Of a stretch of 64,000 nucleotides of DNA, positions 26,718-35,795 are shown one piece after another (positions within the stretch are counted from its first letter, which is position 1; each line of letters begins with the position of its first letter). The stretch lies in assembly GCA_945874535.1 (NCBI GenBank), contig CAMCGZ010000005.1:29276-93275 (forward strand), written 5' to 3'. The stretch comes from Bdellovibrio sp. ZAP7. GTDB taxonomy: Bacteria > Bdellovibrionota > UBA1018 > CAIMNF01. The position numbers were made by a program, and so were the translations under genes. Below the pieces are notes generated by a model. The model had not been told where the DNA came from. It worked only from the letters and a program-made list of their open reading frames with translations, and did not search any database.

Positions 26718-28412
26718 ATGTTGAAGGCTTCTGTTTGGCTCCTGCTCAGCTTGATTTCCATTCCGCTCGAGACTCAGGCCCAACAGGAGGCGGCATCCCC
26801 GACTCCCGCTGAAGGCGAAGTCGAGGAGCGGAAGGAACGGAAGCGGCGCCGGGCGCCCGAAGAGAAAGCTTCTTATACCCGTTCCCGATATTCGGCGGAT
26901 CGTAGCGAGGCGGAGGCCGATCGTCGGGCCCTGCTCCTGACGGCCGGCGTTGACAAGACCATCGACCTCGAAGCGAGTCTAAAGATCACCGGTGACGCCA
27001 CACAGAGGGTCCTGGTGGGTAACCTGTCGGTTGTCAATGTGTTGCCCGTTCTGGTCGGTGATCGTAAGCAATTGATCTTCAAGCCCGCCGCAGTGGGGGA
27101 GACGAACGTGACCATCCGGGATGACTCCGGTAACGTCCGTCTGATTTTCGAGGTGATCGTCGCCCAGGCCAATCAGATCCGCAATCTCGAAAGATTGCGG
27201 GAGAATCTGAAAGAGGTGGAAGGCATCACGATCAATATCGAGGAGAAGAATATCGTTCTTCGCGGAGAAGTGCTCACTACAGCCGATTTCAGCACGGTGA
27301 ACAATGAGCTTGCGGGAGAGCTCTATGGTAAGGAAGTCATCAACAAGGTGAAGATGTCGCCCGTCACCCTGAATTTCCTGGCCAAGCGGATCGAGCAAGA
27401 CATCCAGGTATTCGCTCCGACCGTCCGGGCATCCGTGATCAACGGTAAGATCATTCTCGAGGGCACCGTCGACAGCGAGGGAGCCAAACAACGGGCTTAC
27501 AATCGCGCATATTATTACCTTCCCATGGTCCGGTTCAAAGAAAACGTCGGAAACGACCAGAATGTGATCGAGATGGAGCAGGACAAGAAGACGTTCATCC
27601 TCCAGTCTGACATCACCGTCCAGGCGCCACCTCCCAAGCGGGAGAGCAAGCTCGTCCGCATGACTGTTTACTTTGTCGAATTGGGCAAGGACTTCCTGAA
27701 AGCTTTCGGATTCAAGTGGCAGCCCGGATTCGCCTCGGACCCTAGCATCAGCGTCGGGACCACCGCGACCGGTGGGGTGGGAACCAATAGCGGTGGTTTC
27801 ACCTTCAGTGGAACCTTGACTTCACTGTTCCCTACGATCAGTTCTCCTCCGTCCAATGCCTCCTATGGCCGGATCATGAAATCCGCGACCATCATCGTGA
27901 AGAACAAGGAAGAGGGAGAAGTCCGGGATCAGGTGCAGGTGCCCACCCAGTCACTCGGCCAAGGCGGTACTCAGGGTAACGGTCAGGCCGTACCGGTGGG
28001 CTTCCACATCAAAATGACACCCACCATTCTCGATGGCCAGGATGTCGATGTGAACGTGGACATCGAGCAGAGTAACCAGGTCGGGAAGGGCGTGGGAGGG
28101 ACTCCGATCGTCGCCAGTCACAAGGTGAAAACCCGCTTGTACCTGAAATCAGGCGAAACCGCAGCATTGACCGCGGTGAACAAGCAAGACGTGGCCACAT
28201 CGTTCAATCGGGACGATGCCGCTCCGGGGGCTTTCCAGCAAACCCAGGGGGGCGCCCAGACCAAACCGCTCTTCAGTTTCCAGCGGTCGAAGAACATGTC
28301 GAAGTCGAGAGGTCAGTTTGTGATTTTCGTCAATCCGCAGATCATCGATAACGCCTCCGAGGGCACGGAAGACTTGAAGAAGAACTTCCGGATGACATCG
28401 AGCACTCGCTGA
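26718..28412 (+). CDS. cpaC: Tad secretin CpaC/RcpA
   Basis: Signal peptide, BON-like module (ITINIEEKNIVLRGEV), and a C-terminal secretin domain ending ...GQFVIFVNPQIID. Confidence 0.85.
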   Translation: MLKASVWLLLSLISIPLETQAQQEAASPTPAEGEVEERKERKRRRAPEEKASYTRSRYSADRSEAEADRRALLLTAGVDKTIDLEASLKITGDATQRVLVGNLSVVNVLPVLVGDRKQLIFKPAAVGETNVTIRDDSGNVRLIFEVIVAQANQIRNLERLRENLKEVEGITINIEEKNIVLRGEVLTTADFSTVNNELAGELYGKEVINKVKMSPVTLNFLAKRIEQDIQVFAPTVRASVINGKIILEGTVDSEGAKQRAYNRAYYYLPMVRFKENVGNDQNVIEMEQDKKTFILQSDITVQAPPPKRESKLVRMTVYFVELGKDFLKAFGFKWQPGFASDPSISVGTTATGGVGTNSGGFTFSGTLTSLFPTISSPPSNASYGRIMKSATIIVKNKEEGEVRDQVQVPTQSLGQGGTQGNGQAVPVGFHIKMTPTILDGQDVDVNVDIEQSNQVGKGVGGTPIVASHKVKTRLYLKSGETAALTAVNKQDVATSFNRDDAAPGAFQQTQGGAQTKPLFSFQRSKNMSKSRGQFVIFVNPQIIDNASEGTEDLKKNFRMTSSTR

Positions 28413-28430
28413 GAAAGGGACCAAGAATCA

Positions 28431-30581
28431 ATGGGACACATCATCGCAGTGGTAGGGGGAAAGGGAGGGGTCGGGAAGAGTGTCTTTGCCGCGAACCTCG
28501 CGATCGCCTACCAGATGAACTTCAAGCAGCGCTCCCTGATCATCGATCTCGACTTTCAGAGTCTGGGTGATCAAAACATCATTCTCGGCCTGAATCCTCC
28601 CAAGAATATCGTGGATGTGACCAAAGCCCAGGTGGGGACCTGGGATCCGAAGGCGATGACTCCGTTCCTTGCCAATTCACCGCAGGGTTTCAGTTTCATT
28701 GGAGCTCCGCGCGAGGCAGCCCTGGCCAAAGACATCGATCTGGACGGTCTCGGAAAGTTTCTGAAGGCGGCCGTCGGTGTTTTTCCATGGGTCGTGATCG
28801 ATTGCGGGAATGGCACCGATCCTCATGCATTGAAGGCGATGGAGCAAGCCAGCCTCATTTTTGTGGTGACCACACCTGATGTGATCGTCTTGAATCAAAC
28901 CCGGCGGATTCTCGGAAAGGTACAGGAACTCCTGTTCCCGCAGGAGATGGTGCAAGTGGTGGTGAACCGATACTCACCCAACAATGTGATCAACCCCCAG
29001 ATGATCCAAAAGAGTATCAACAAGGCTCCTTATTTCGCCATTCCCGAGGATGCCGCCACGTGTGAGGCCTCGCTTACCAAAAGCCAGCCCTTCACCATGG
29101 TGAATCCTGGAGCTGCGATTTCGAGAGCCTTCTCGGATCTGGTTCGTCGCATGGATCAGAGTAAGATGCTCGATCAACTGGCCAAGCTGAACAAACCGAC
29201 CGGCGTCGCTCAAAAGGCCGGTTCTGCTGCTGTTGTCGCTGTTGACGGTGGCGGTGAGAACGGGGGGTTGCTGTCTCGATCGAAATCGGCCCCGACCGAT
29301 CCCTGGACGAGCATGAAACTCCGGATCCACAAGGCACTCATCGACGTGGTCGACATGAAGAAGATGAATGTCGATGTCGCTGATTCGAAACAGCGCGAGG
29401 TCTTACGCGAAAAAACCCAAAAAGCGATTCTCGACGTCCTGGCCAAAGAGGATGTTTCGACTCTTTGCCCGACGCGTGAACTCAGAGCCCAGTTGGTCAA
29501 AGAGGTGTTGGATGAGGCGCTCGGTCTCGGACCGCTCGAGGACCTCCTTGCGGATGACTCGGTGACCGAAATCATGGTGAACGCCCGGGATCAAATCTAC
29601 GTCGAACAGGGTGGTAAGCCCGGATTGTCCAGAACCACTTTTTCGAGCGAGCAGCAGATGATGAACGTGATCGAGCGGATTGTCACTCCGCTCGGACGCC
29701 GGGTGGACGAGAAAACCCCCTATGTCGATGCCCGTCTCGCCGATGGATCACGGGTACACGTGATCATTCCTCCACTTGCGCTGAGGGGGCCCACGATCAC
29801 GATCCGAAAATTCCCCAAAAAACGGATCATGGCCTCGGACTTGGTGAAGTTCGGTTCCATGACACAGGAAATCGCAGATTTCCTTCGAGCCTGTGTCGAG
29901 GCCAAACTCAATATCGTGGTGTCGGGGGGCACCGGCTCCGGTAAGACGACTTTGCTGAATGTGCTTTCAAACTTCATTCCGGCGACCGAACGGATCATCA
30001 CGGTTGAGGATGCTGCCGAACTCCAGCTTGGACAGGAGCACGTAGTCCGGCTCGAGACCCGACCGAAGAACATCGAGGGCGAGGGTGAGGTCTCCATCCG
30101 GGATCTGATCAAGTGCTGTCTCCGGATGCGGCCGGACCGGATCGTGGTCGGGGAGTGTCGGGGAGGAGAGGCCATGGACATGCTTCAGGCGATGAACACC
30201 GGCCACTCCGGATCGCTGACCACCGTTCACGCCAATAATCCTAGAGAATGCATCGGACGACTGGAGACCCTGGTGATGATGGCGGGAATGGGTTTGCCGC
30301 TCAAGGCCATTCGCGAGACGATTGCCAGTGCGGTCAATCTCATCATCCAGCAGTCCCGTCTGACTGACGGGACTAGGAAAGTGACTTATGTCTCCGAGGT
30401 ACTCGGGATGCAGGGCGAAACCGTGACGATCCAAGACATCTTCATCTACAAGCAAGAGGGTCTGGATAAGAACCGTAAGATTATTGGCAGATTCGTGCCC
30501 ACCGGCTTCATTCCGAAATTCGTGGAAGAAATGGAAGCAAAGGGCATGAAAATCTCACGGGGCCTTTTCGCGGTCAAATAA
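28431..30581 (+). CDS. Fusion protein: N-terminal MinD/ParA-type (TadZ/CpaE-like) ATPase domain + C-terminal CpaF/TadA secretion ATPase
   Basis: The deviant Walker A VVGGKGGVGKSV sits at residues ~8-19. After a ~60-aa Ala/Gly-rich linker comes a full CpaF-type domain (Walker A SGGTGSGKTT, VGECRGGEA, TGHSGSLTTVHAN). One uninterrupted 716-aa frame. Confidence 0.85.
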   Translation: MGHIIAVVGGKGGVGKSVFAANLAIAYQMNFKQRSLIIDLDFQSLGDQNIILGLNPPKNIVDVTKAQVGTWDPKAMTPFLANSPQGFSFIGAPREAALAKDIDLDGLGKFLKAAVGVFPWVVIDCGNGTDPHALKAMEQASLIFVVTTPDVIVLNQTRRILGKVQELLFPQEMVQVVVNRYSPNNVINPQMIQKSINKAPYFAIPEDAATCEASLTKSQPFTMVNPGAAISRAFSDLVRRMDQSKMLDQLAKLNKPTGVAQKAGSAAVVAVDGGGENGGLLSRSKSAPTDPWTSMKLRIHKALIDVVDMKKMNVDVADSKQREVLREKTQKAILDVLAKEDVSTLCPTRELRAQLVKEVLDEALGLGPLEDLLADDSVTEIMVNARDQIYVEQGGKPGLSRTTFSSEQQMMNVIERIVTPLGRRVDEKTPYVDARLADGSRVHVIIPPLALRGPTITIRKFPKKRIMASDLVKFGSMTQEIADFLRACVEAKLNIVVSGGTGSGKTTLLNVLSNFIPATERIITVEDAAELQLGQEHVVRLETRPKNIEGEGEVSIRDLIKCCLRMRPDRIVVGECRGGEAMDMLQAMNTGHSGSLTTVHANNPRECIGRLETLVMMAGMGLPLKAIRETIASAVNLIIQQSRLTDGTRKVTYVSEVLGMQGETVTIQDIFIYKQEGLDKNRKIIGRFVPTGFIPKFVEEMEAKGMKISRGLFAVK

Positions 30582-30599
30582 CCCCAGTATCATGAGGGT

Positions 30600-31475
30600 A
30601 TGAGTTTCGCGATTCCTCATTGGCTGCTCGGCCTCGTCGTATTCGTCTCGGCGTTGTTGGTTGCCTATCAATTCTCGGGAAGGATTCTCGATTGGGTGAG
30701 ATTCCACTCCATCGGAACCCGGGATTACATCGCAGACAAACTCAAGTTGATGATGATCGATCTTCCTCTCGAGAAGATCCTCATGTACCAGGTCGGGTTC
30801 TCTTTCGGTCTGGGAGGAATGGTGTTTTTGGCTTGTTTGCCGAATTTCGCGGCAGGCGGCGTACTGGGCGGAGTGGTGGCGATCGCAGCTTGGTTTCTTC
30901 CGAAGCCGATCGTGAACGTTCTTTATCAGAAACGTGTGGATCGTTTCGTCGAGCAAATGGTCGATGGACTCGGTCTCATGTCCAACGGCATGAGGTCGGG
31001 GCTTTCGGTCGCCCAGGCGATGGGACTGGTCGCTCAGGAGATGCCGGATCCGATCAAGTCGGAATTCGAATTGGTGCTGAATCAGAACAAGCTCGGTTCC
31101 TCACTCGAGTCCGCATTTATCGATTTGTCCAAACGGGTGATCGCGGATGAAGTGGAAATGTTCGTGACCTCGGTGGTGATTCTGAAGGAGACCGGCGGAA
31201 ATTTGGCGGAAACCTTCGATACCATCACCACCTTGATTCGCGAGCGGATCAAAGTGGAAAATAAGATCAAAGCGATGACCGCTTCCGCGTTCTGGCAAGG
31301 GATGATCTTGCTCGGAGTTCCGCCCTTCATGGGTTTGACTCTTTCCCAGTCCGATCCTGAACTGATGAGGCCCATGTTCGAGACCTGGCTCGGTTGGTTG
31401 GGTCTATCTACCGTGGCAATTTTGATGATCGTGGCTTATTTTGTAATCAAGAAGGTGACAAAAATCGATGTTTGA
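30600..31475 (+). CDS. tadB: Type II secretion system F-family protein (TadB-like)
   Basis: T2SSF sequence VTSVVILKETGGNLAETFDTITTLIRER, with N- and C-terminal TM helices. Confidence 0.8.
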   Translation: MSFAIPHWLLGLVVFVSALLVAYQFSGRILDWVRFHSIGTRDYIADKLKLMMIDLPLEKILMYQVGFSFGLGGMVFLACLPNFAAGGVLGGVVAIAAWFLPKPIVNVLYQKRVDRFVEQMVDGLGLMSNGMRSGLSVAQAMGLVAQEMPDPIKSEFELVLNQNKLGSSLESAFIDLSKRVIADEVEMFVTSVVILKETGGNLAETFDTITTLIRERIKVENKIKAMTASAFWQGMILLGVPPFMGLTLSQSDPELMRPMFETWLGWLGLSTVAILMIVAYFVIKKVTKIDV

Positions 31476-31485
31476 GGTGAGAAAA

Positions 31486-33177
31486 ATGACCAGAGTTTTG
31501 ATCTTGTTGGGAGCATTGCTTTCGGTGTCCAGTGCATTCGCCCGCGCGGATGTGAGTCTTCGGAACGGAAACTTTTTCGTGTCACTGAGAGACATCTCTT
31601 ATCCGGGGGGGATGGAGCCCAAGATCGAGCGGGTGTACAACTCGAAATCCGATTTTCACGGGATGTTCGGATACAGTTGGGGCACCGAATACGAAACGCG
31701 CCTGTCTTTCGATCCTGACGGAAGCCTCCTCCTGACCGAATACGGTGGAGGTGCGAATATCCGTTTCAGTCCAAAGACCTATTCCGCGAATGACGTCGAT
31801 GAAGGGATCAAGTCAGTGGTGAGTGCCGCCCAGAAAGCGGGAACCATCACCAGTGCCAAGGGGCTTGAGGAATACCGGAAGCGTTTGAAAGAAAACCCTG
31901 AATTCAGGGCCAAACAGTACGCGATCTTTGTGAACAAAGGAAGCCTGCAGCGAAAAGCGATTGTGGATGGAACCCAGTTCATTTCGACCGATTACCAGTA
32001 CCAGTACCTCACACGCGTGAAAGGCGGGTACACGCGGGTGATGGAGGCTGGTATCATCCAGAAGTTCAATGAAGCAGGTCGTTTGGCCCAAATCATGGAT
32101 CGAAACAGGAATTTCGTGAACTTCACCTACGATACCAACGGTCGGGTCGCCCAGATGATCGACAATCAGAATCGTAAGATGAATTTCTCTTACAATCAGT
32201 TCGGTCTGGTGGAGCGGATTGTTGGCGAAAGCGGCAAGAAAGCCGAGTTCAGGTACTCAAAAGAGGGATTCCTAGTCTACAGCAAGGATGACGCCGGTGT
32301 GGAAAACACTTTCAAGTACACCGCCGATCAGTATCGCAATCTTTCAGAGATCGGATACCCGAACGAACGGAACGCCAAGGGCGAATCGAAGCGGATGATC
32401 GTGGGTTATTACGGTCCGGAAAAGAATTCGAGCGTGAAATCGGTCGTGAATCTCGACGGGACCGTGAATGAGTACGAATACGAAATCGGCGGGAAGACTC
32501 CCGGTTACTATTCGGTGCGGGTGGTGTTGAAAGACTCATCCGGTGCCAAGCTGAATGACTCCAGGTATGAGTATTTCTACAAGACCAAGCCGAGCGGGGA
32601 GGAGTTCACCGCCCGGATGGTCACCACAGTGGATGGTGAGAAAACCGAGACTGTTTACGACGAAAAACTCGGCTATCCCCTGAAGATCACCGCGAACGGC
32701 AAAACCACCACGATGGAGTACGACATGAAGGGACGGATGGTCCGTAAGGTCACACCGCTCCACACCACGACGCTCACATACGATCCGGCGGTGGGTAAGG
32801 TGTCCAAGGTTGTCAAAAAAGTGACCAGTGGAACGGTGATCTGGAGTGAGTTCGAATACGATAAGGCCACCGGGAACCTCCTGGTCGCCCGCAACAGCGA
32901 TAAAAAGCTGGTGAAGCTGATCTACGATGGTCAAGGCCGGATCAGTGCATTGGTGGATCAGGCGGGCCGCCAGCTCACCTTCAGGTACAACGAGCTCTCG
33001 AAGCCGGTCGAGATCCGGGATGCCAAGCTAGGAACCGTCAAGTTCACCTACAAGAACAGTGGCGAGGTGGACAAGGTGGACAGCAACGGGGGCGCCAGTG
33101 TTTCTGTTGAGGTGATGAGGGCTTTGCAGAGCCTGATCGACATCACCGCCCCGGCGGGCGTCACGATGTCGATTTGA
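31486..33177 (+). CDS. Secreted YD/RHS-repeat protein without recognisable toxin domain
   Basis: Signal peptide MTRVLILLGALLSVSSAFA. Many YD-type repeats (FTYDTNGRVAQMIDNQNRKMNFSYNQFGLVERI, TYDPAVGKVSKV, IYDGQGRISALVDQAGRQLTFRYNE). No PxxxxDPxGL core-end motif. GAGG SD 8 nt before ATG 31486. Confidence 0.8.
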   Translation: MTRVLILLGALLSVSSAFARADVSLRNGNFFVSLRDISYPGGMEPKIERVYNSKSDFHGMFGYSWGTEYETRLSFDPDGSLLLTEYGGGANIRFSPKTYSANDVDEGIKSVVSAAQKAGTITSAKGLEEYRKRLKENPEFRAKQYAIFVNKGSLQRKAIVDGTQFISTDYQYQYLTRVKGGYTRVMEAGIIQKFNEAGRLAQIMDRNRNFVNFTYDTNGRVAQMIDNQNRKMNFSYNQFGLVERIVGESGKKAEFRYSKEGFLVYSKDDAGVENTFKYTADQYRNLSEIGYPNERNAKGESKRMIVGYYGPEKNSSVKSVVNLDGTVNEYEYEIGGKTPGYYSVRVVLKDSSGAKLNDSRYEYFYKTKPSGEEFTARMVTTVDGEKTETVYDEKLGYPLKITANGKTTTMEYDMKGRMVRKVTPLHTTTLTYDPAVGKVSKVVKKVTSGTVIWSEFEYDKATGNLLVARNSDKKLVKLIYDGQGRISALVDQAGRQLTFRYNELSKPVEIRDAKLGTVKFTYKNSGEVDKVDSNGGASVSVEVMRALQSLIDITAPAGVTMSI

Positions 33178-33249
33178 TCAATTGAAATTGTTTAATATTG
33201 ACCATGCTTCTGTGGGCTGGTTAAACTGAATGGGAGAGGTAAGGTTTTC

Positions 33250-33465
33250 ATGAAAGCAATCCTGGTTCTGGGCTTCCTTCTGGTCGGTACGAATTCTGCA
33301 TTTGCCGCGGCGAAGGCTGAAAACCAGTCGAGCACCTGCTGCAAGACCTGTGCGGTGGATCAGGGGGGCTGTGCGCCAGACGCCGGCAATAACCCTGACC
33401 AGGTGGTGGTTCAGGCTCCCGGCGACAAGGTCGAGAAGCCGGGTGATTCCAGCGAAGGTAAGTGA
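33250..33465 (+). CDS. 71-aa secreted Cys-containing peptide of unknown function
   Basis: Signal peptide MKAILVLGFLLVGTNSAFA. Mature ~50 aa with CCKTC...GGC and a low-complexity acidic tail. GGGAGAGG SD. Confidence 0.55.
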   Translation: MKAILVLGFLLVGTNSAFAAAKAENQSSTCCKTCAVDQGGCAPDAGNNPDQVVVQAPGDKVEKPGDSSEGK

Positions 33466-33549
33466 GTCTTCGCCTCGTTTTTCATTGAGTAACGCGCATC
33501 GTCTTCGCTAGGATGAGGGGGATTTCCCTAAATCTAGTGCGGAGTGTTG

Positions 33550-34512
33550 ATGACGTCCAAGCTTGCCGAATCCCGTTCTGATCAAGAGCGCCCCTTGCTT
33601 CCCTCTGAGGCGAGGCAGATTGCTCCCTTGCGGAAGCCCGAGTGGCTGAAGATCCGGCCTCCGGCCGGGGAGAACTATTCCAAAATCAAGGGCCTACTCC
33701 GAGAGCGGGGTCTTCATACGGTTTGTGAAGAGGCCCATTGTCCGAATGTGGCTGAGTGTTGGGCGAGTGGTACTGCCACCTTCATGCTCGGGACCGAGGT
33801 TTGCACCCGTGCTTGCCGGTTTTGCGCCGTGAAAACGGCGCGCAGGCCTCCTCCGCTCGATCCGGAAGAACCTTACAAAATCGCTGAGGCCGTGGCCGCC
33901 TTGAAGCTGAAGTACGTGGTCCTCACCTCCGTGGATCGGGATGATCTTCCGGATGGGGGTGCTTCCCACTTCGCAACCACGATCCGGGAATTGAAACGAC
34001 TCGATTCCGGCCTCCTCGTGGAAGCTCTGGTCCCTGATTTTCGTGGAAATGGAACAGACGTGGCCACCATCGTCGAGTCCGGATTGGACGTCTACGCCCA
34101 CAATATCGAGACGGTGTACCGCTTGCAGTACCGGGTCCGGGATCCGCGAGCCGGATATGCGCAAAGTCTCGAAACCCTCCGCCTTGCCAAAGTGCATGCC
34201 GCGTCCCGCGGACAGGTGCTTCATACCAAGAGCGCGCTCATGCTCGGGCTCGGCGAGGAGGAGCATGAGATCCTGAAGGCATTTGCCGATTTGCGTGAAG
34301 CGGGTGTGGATGTGCTCACTCTCGGCCAATACCTTCGGCCCTCTTTGAGTCATTTGCCGGTCGAACGCTACTATTCGCCCGAAGAGTTCGCCTTGCTGGA
34401 GAAGCAAGCCCAAGCGGCCGGTTTCCTTTATGTGGCTGCAGGTCCGATGGTGCGTTCGAGCTACAAGGCGGCAGAGCTGTTCCTCGAAGGTTTAATCAGA
34501 CAGAACAAATAA
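33550..34512 (+). CDS. lipA: Lipoyl synthase
   Basis: [13 protein letters not shown] and radical-SAM [10 protein letters not shown] motifs. ATG 33550 has GGAG 5 nt upstream; the track start is GTG 33544. Confidence 0.95.
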   Translation: MTSKLAESRSDQERPLLPSEARQIAPLRKPEWLKIRPPAGENYSKIKGLLRERGLHTVCEEAHCPNVAECWASGTATFMLGTEVCTRACRFCAVKTARRPPPLDPEEPYKIAEAVAALKLKYVVLTSVDRDDLPDGGASHFATTIRELKRLDSGLLVEALVPDFRGNGTDVATIVESGLDVYAHNIETVYRLQYRVRDPRAGYAQSLETLRLAKVHAASRGQVLHTKSALMLGLGEEEHEILKAFADLREAGVDVLTLGQYLRPSLSHLPVERYYSPEEFALLEKQAQAAGFLYVAAGPMVRSSYKAAELFLEGLIRQNK

Positions 34513-34529
34513 GACAGAACAAATAAGAC
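34498..34529. repeat. 14-bp direct tandem repeat AGACAGAACAAATA x2.3 spanning the lipA stop codon
   Basis: Identical units at 34498-34511 and 34512-34525, plus the partial copy AGAC at 34526-34529. Confidence 0.9.
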
Positions 34530-34551
34530 CCGAAACACTAAGGAGATAAAA

Positions 34552-35778
34552 ATGGAATTCAGACTACCCGAACTCGGTGAAGGCGTGAACGAAGGCGAAT
34601 TGGTGAAGTGGCGGGTCAAGGAGGGCGAGCAGGTCCGGGACGACCAGCCTCTTTGTGAAGTGATGACCGACAAAGCCACCATCGAGATTCCATCCCCTTT
34701 TTCGGGCACCATCCGCCAGCTGGTTGCAAAAGAGGGTGAGATCGTCAAAGTTCACCAATTGATGGTGGTTGTGGACGTCGCCGGTGGTAAAACAGCGGCT
34801 CCTGCGAGTGCACACGCGCCGGCACCGGCTGCAGCGTCGGCTACTCCGGCTGCTCCTGCCCCAGTCGCTCCCGCAGCGATGGCTCCTCCTCCGGTTTCCA
34901 GCGAAGTCCTGGCTTCACCTGCGACACGGAAGGCTGCCCGTGAGAGAGGCGTCGATCTGGGACGTGTTCGTGGAACCGGTCCTCACGGCCGGGTTTTGCT
35001 GACGGATCTCGAACAGTCCCTTTCAGCTTCTCCGGTAGCGGGTGCCAAATCTTTTGCTCCGGGCGCGGTCGAGCGGACACCGATCCGCGGAATGCGGAAA
35101 AAGATCTCCGAAAAAATGCGCCAGTCCAAAGACAAGGCGGCCCACTTCACTTACGTGGAAGAGGCCGATGCCACCGAACTGGTCAAGTTGCGCGCCAAGG
35201 CCAAGCTGATCGCCGAAAAGAAGGGCATCAAGTTGACCTATCTGCCTTTCATCCTGAAAGCCATGGTCGCCGCACTGAAGCAGCATCCCCGGATCAACTC
35301 CACGGTCGATGAAGCCGCACAGGAGATCCTGACCCATCATACCTTCAACATCTCGCTGTCCGTGCAAACCGAAGACGGACTCACCGTGCCTGTGGTCAAG
35401 CATGTGGAACAGAAGTCGATCTTCGAGCTCGCACGCGAGATCGCCGAGATTGTGGACCGCGCGCGTAAGAAAAAACTGACCATGGAGGATTTCCAGGGCA
35501 GCACGATCACCCTGACCAATGCCGGGTCGATCGGCGGATTGTTCGCAACTCCTGTGATCAATTATCCGGAAGTGGCCATTCTCGGTTTCAACAAGATTTT
35601 CCGGAAACCCGTGGTGGTGAACCGTAACGGACGCGAGCGTCTGGCCATCCGTGATTGGACTTACTTCTCCATGAGTCTCGATCACCGGATCATCGATGGA
35701 GCCGAAGCCGCGGAGTTCATGAAAACCTTCATTGAGTACATCGAGAATCCGGGGCTTCTGCTCCTGGAAACACTTTGA
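34552..35778 (+). CDS. Dihydrolipoamide acyltransferase (E2) of a 2-oxoacid dehydrogenase complex
   Basis: Single lipoyl domain (CEVMTDKATIEIPS), Ala/Pro linker, E3-binding domain (ASPATRKAARERGVDL), catalytic DHRIIDG. Confidence 0.93.
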   Translation: MEFRLPELGEGVNEGELVKWRVKEGEQVRDDQPLCEVMTDKATIEIPSPFSGTIRQLVAKEGEIVKVHQLMVVVDVAGGKTAAPASAHAPAPAAASATPAAPAPVAPAAMAPPPVSSEVLASPATRKAARERGVDLGRVRGTGPHGRVLLTDLEQSLSASPVAGAKSFAPGAVERTPIRGMRKKISEKMRQSKDKAAHFTYVEEADATELVKLRAKAKLIAEKKGIKLTYLPFILKAMVAALKQHPRINSTVDEAAQEILTHHTFNISLSVQTEDGLTVPVVKHVEQKSIFELAREIAEIVDRARKKKLTMEDFQGSTITLTNAGSIGGLFATPVINYPEVAILGFNKIFRKPVVVNRNGRERLAIRDWTYFSMSLDHRIIDGAEAAEFMKTFIEYIENPGLLLLETL

Positions 35779-35795
35779 TCGGCCCGGAGGCGAGA

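Noticed and set aside
31486-33177. YD/RHS protein as a polymorphic toxin with the downstream small ORF as its immunity protein
   Set aside because: There is no RHS core-end (PxxxxDPxGL) motif and no C-terminal toxin domain. The protein is too short for a full RHS shell. The downstream ORF has a signal peptide, unlike cytoplasmic immunity proteins.
33195-33235. Sigma-70 promoter for the 71-aa peptide gene (TTGACC-N17-TTAAAC)
   Set aside because: The -10 matches only 3 of 6 positions, which is too weak to list as a feature.
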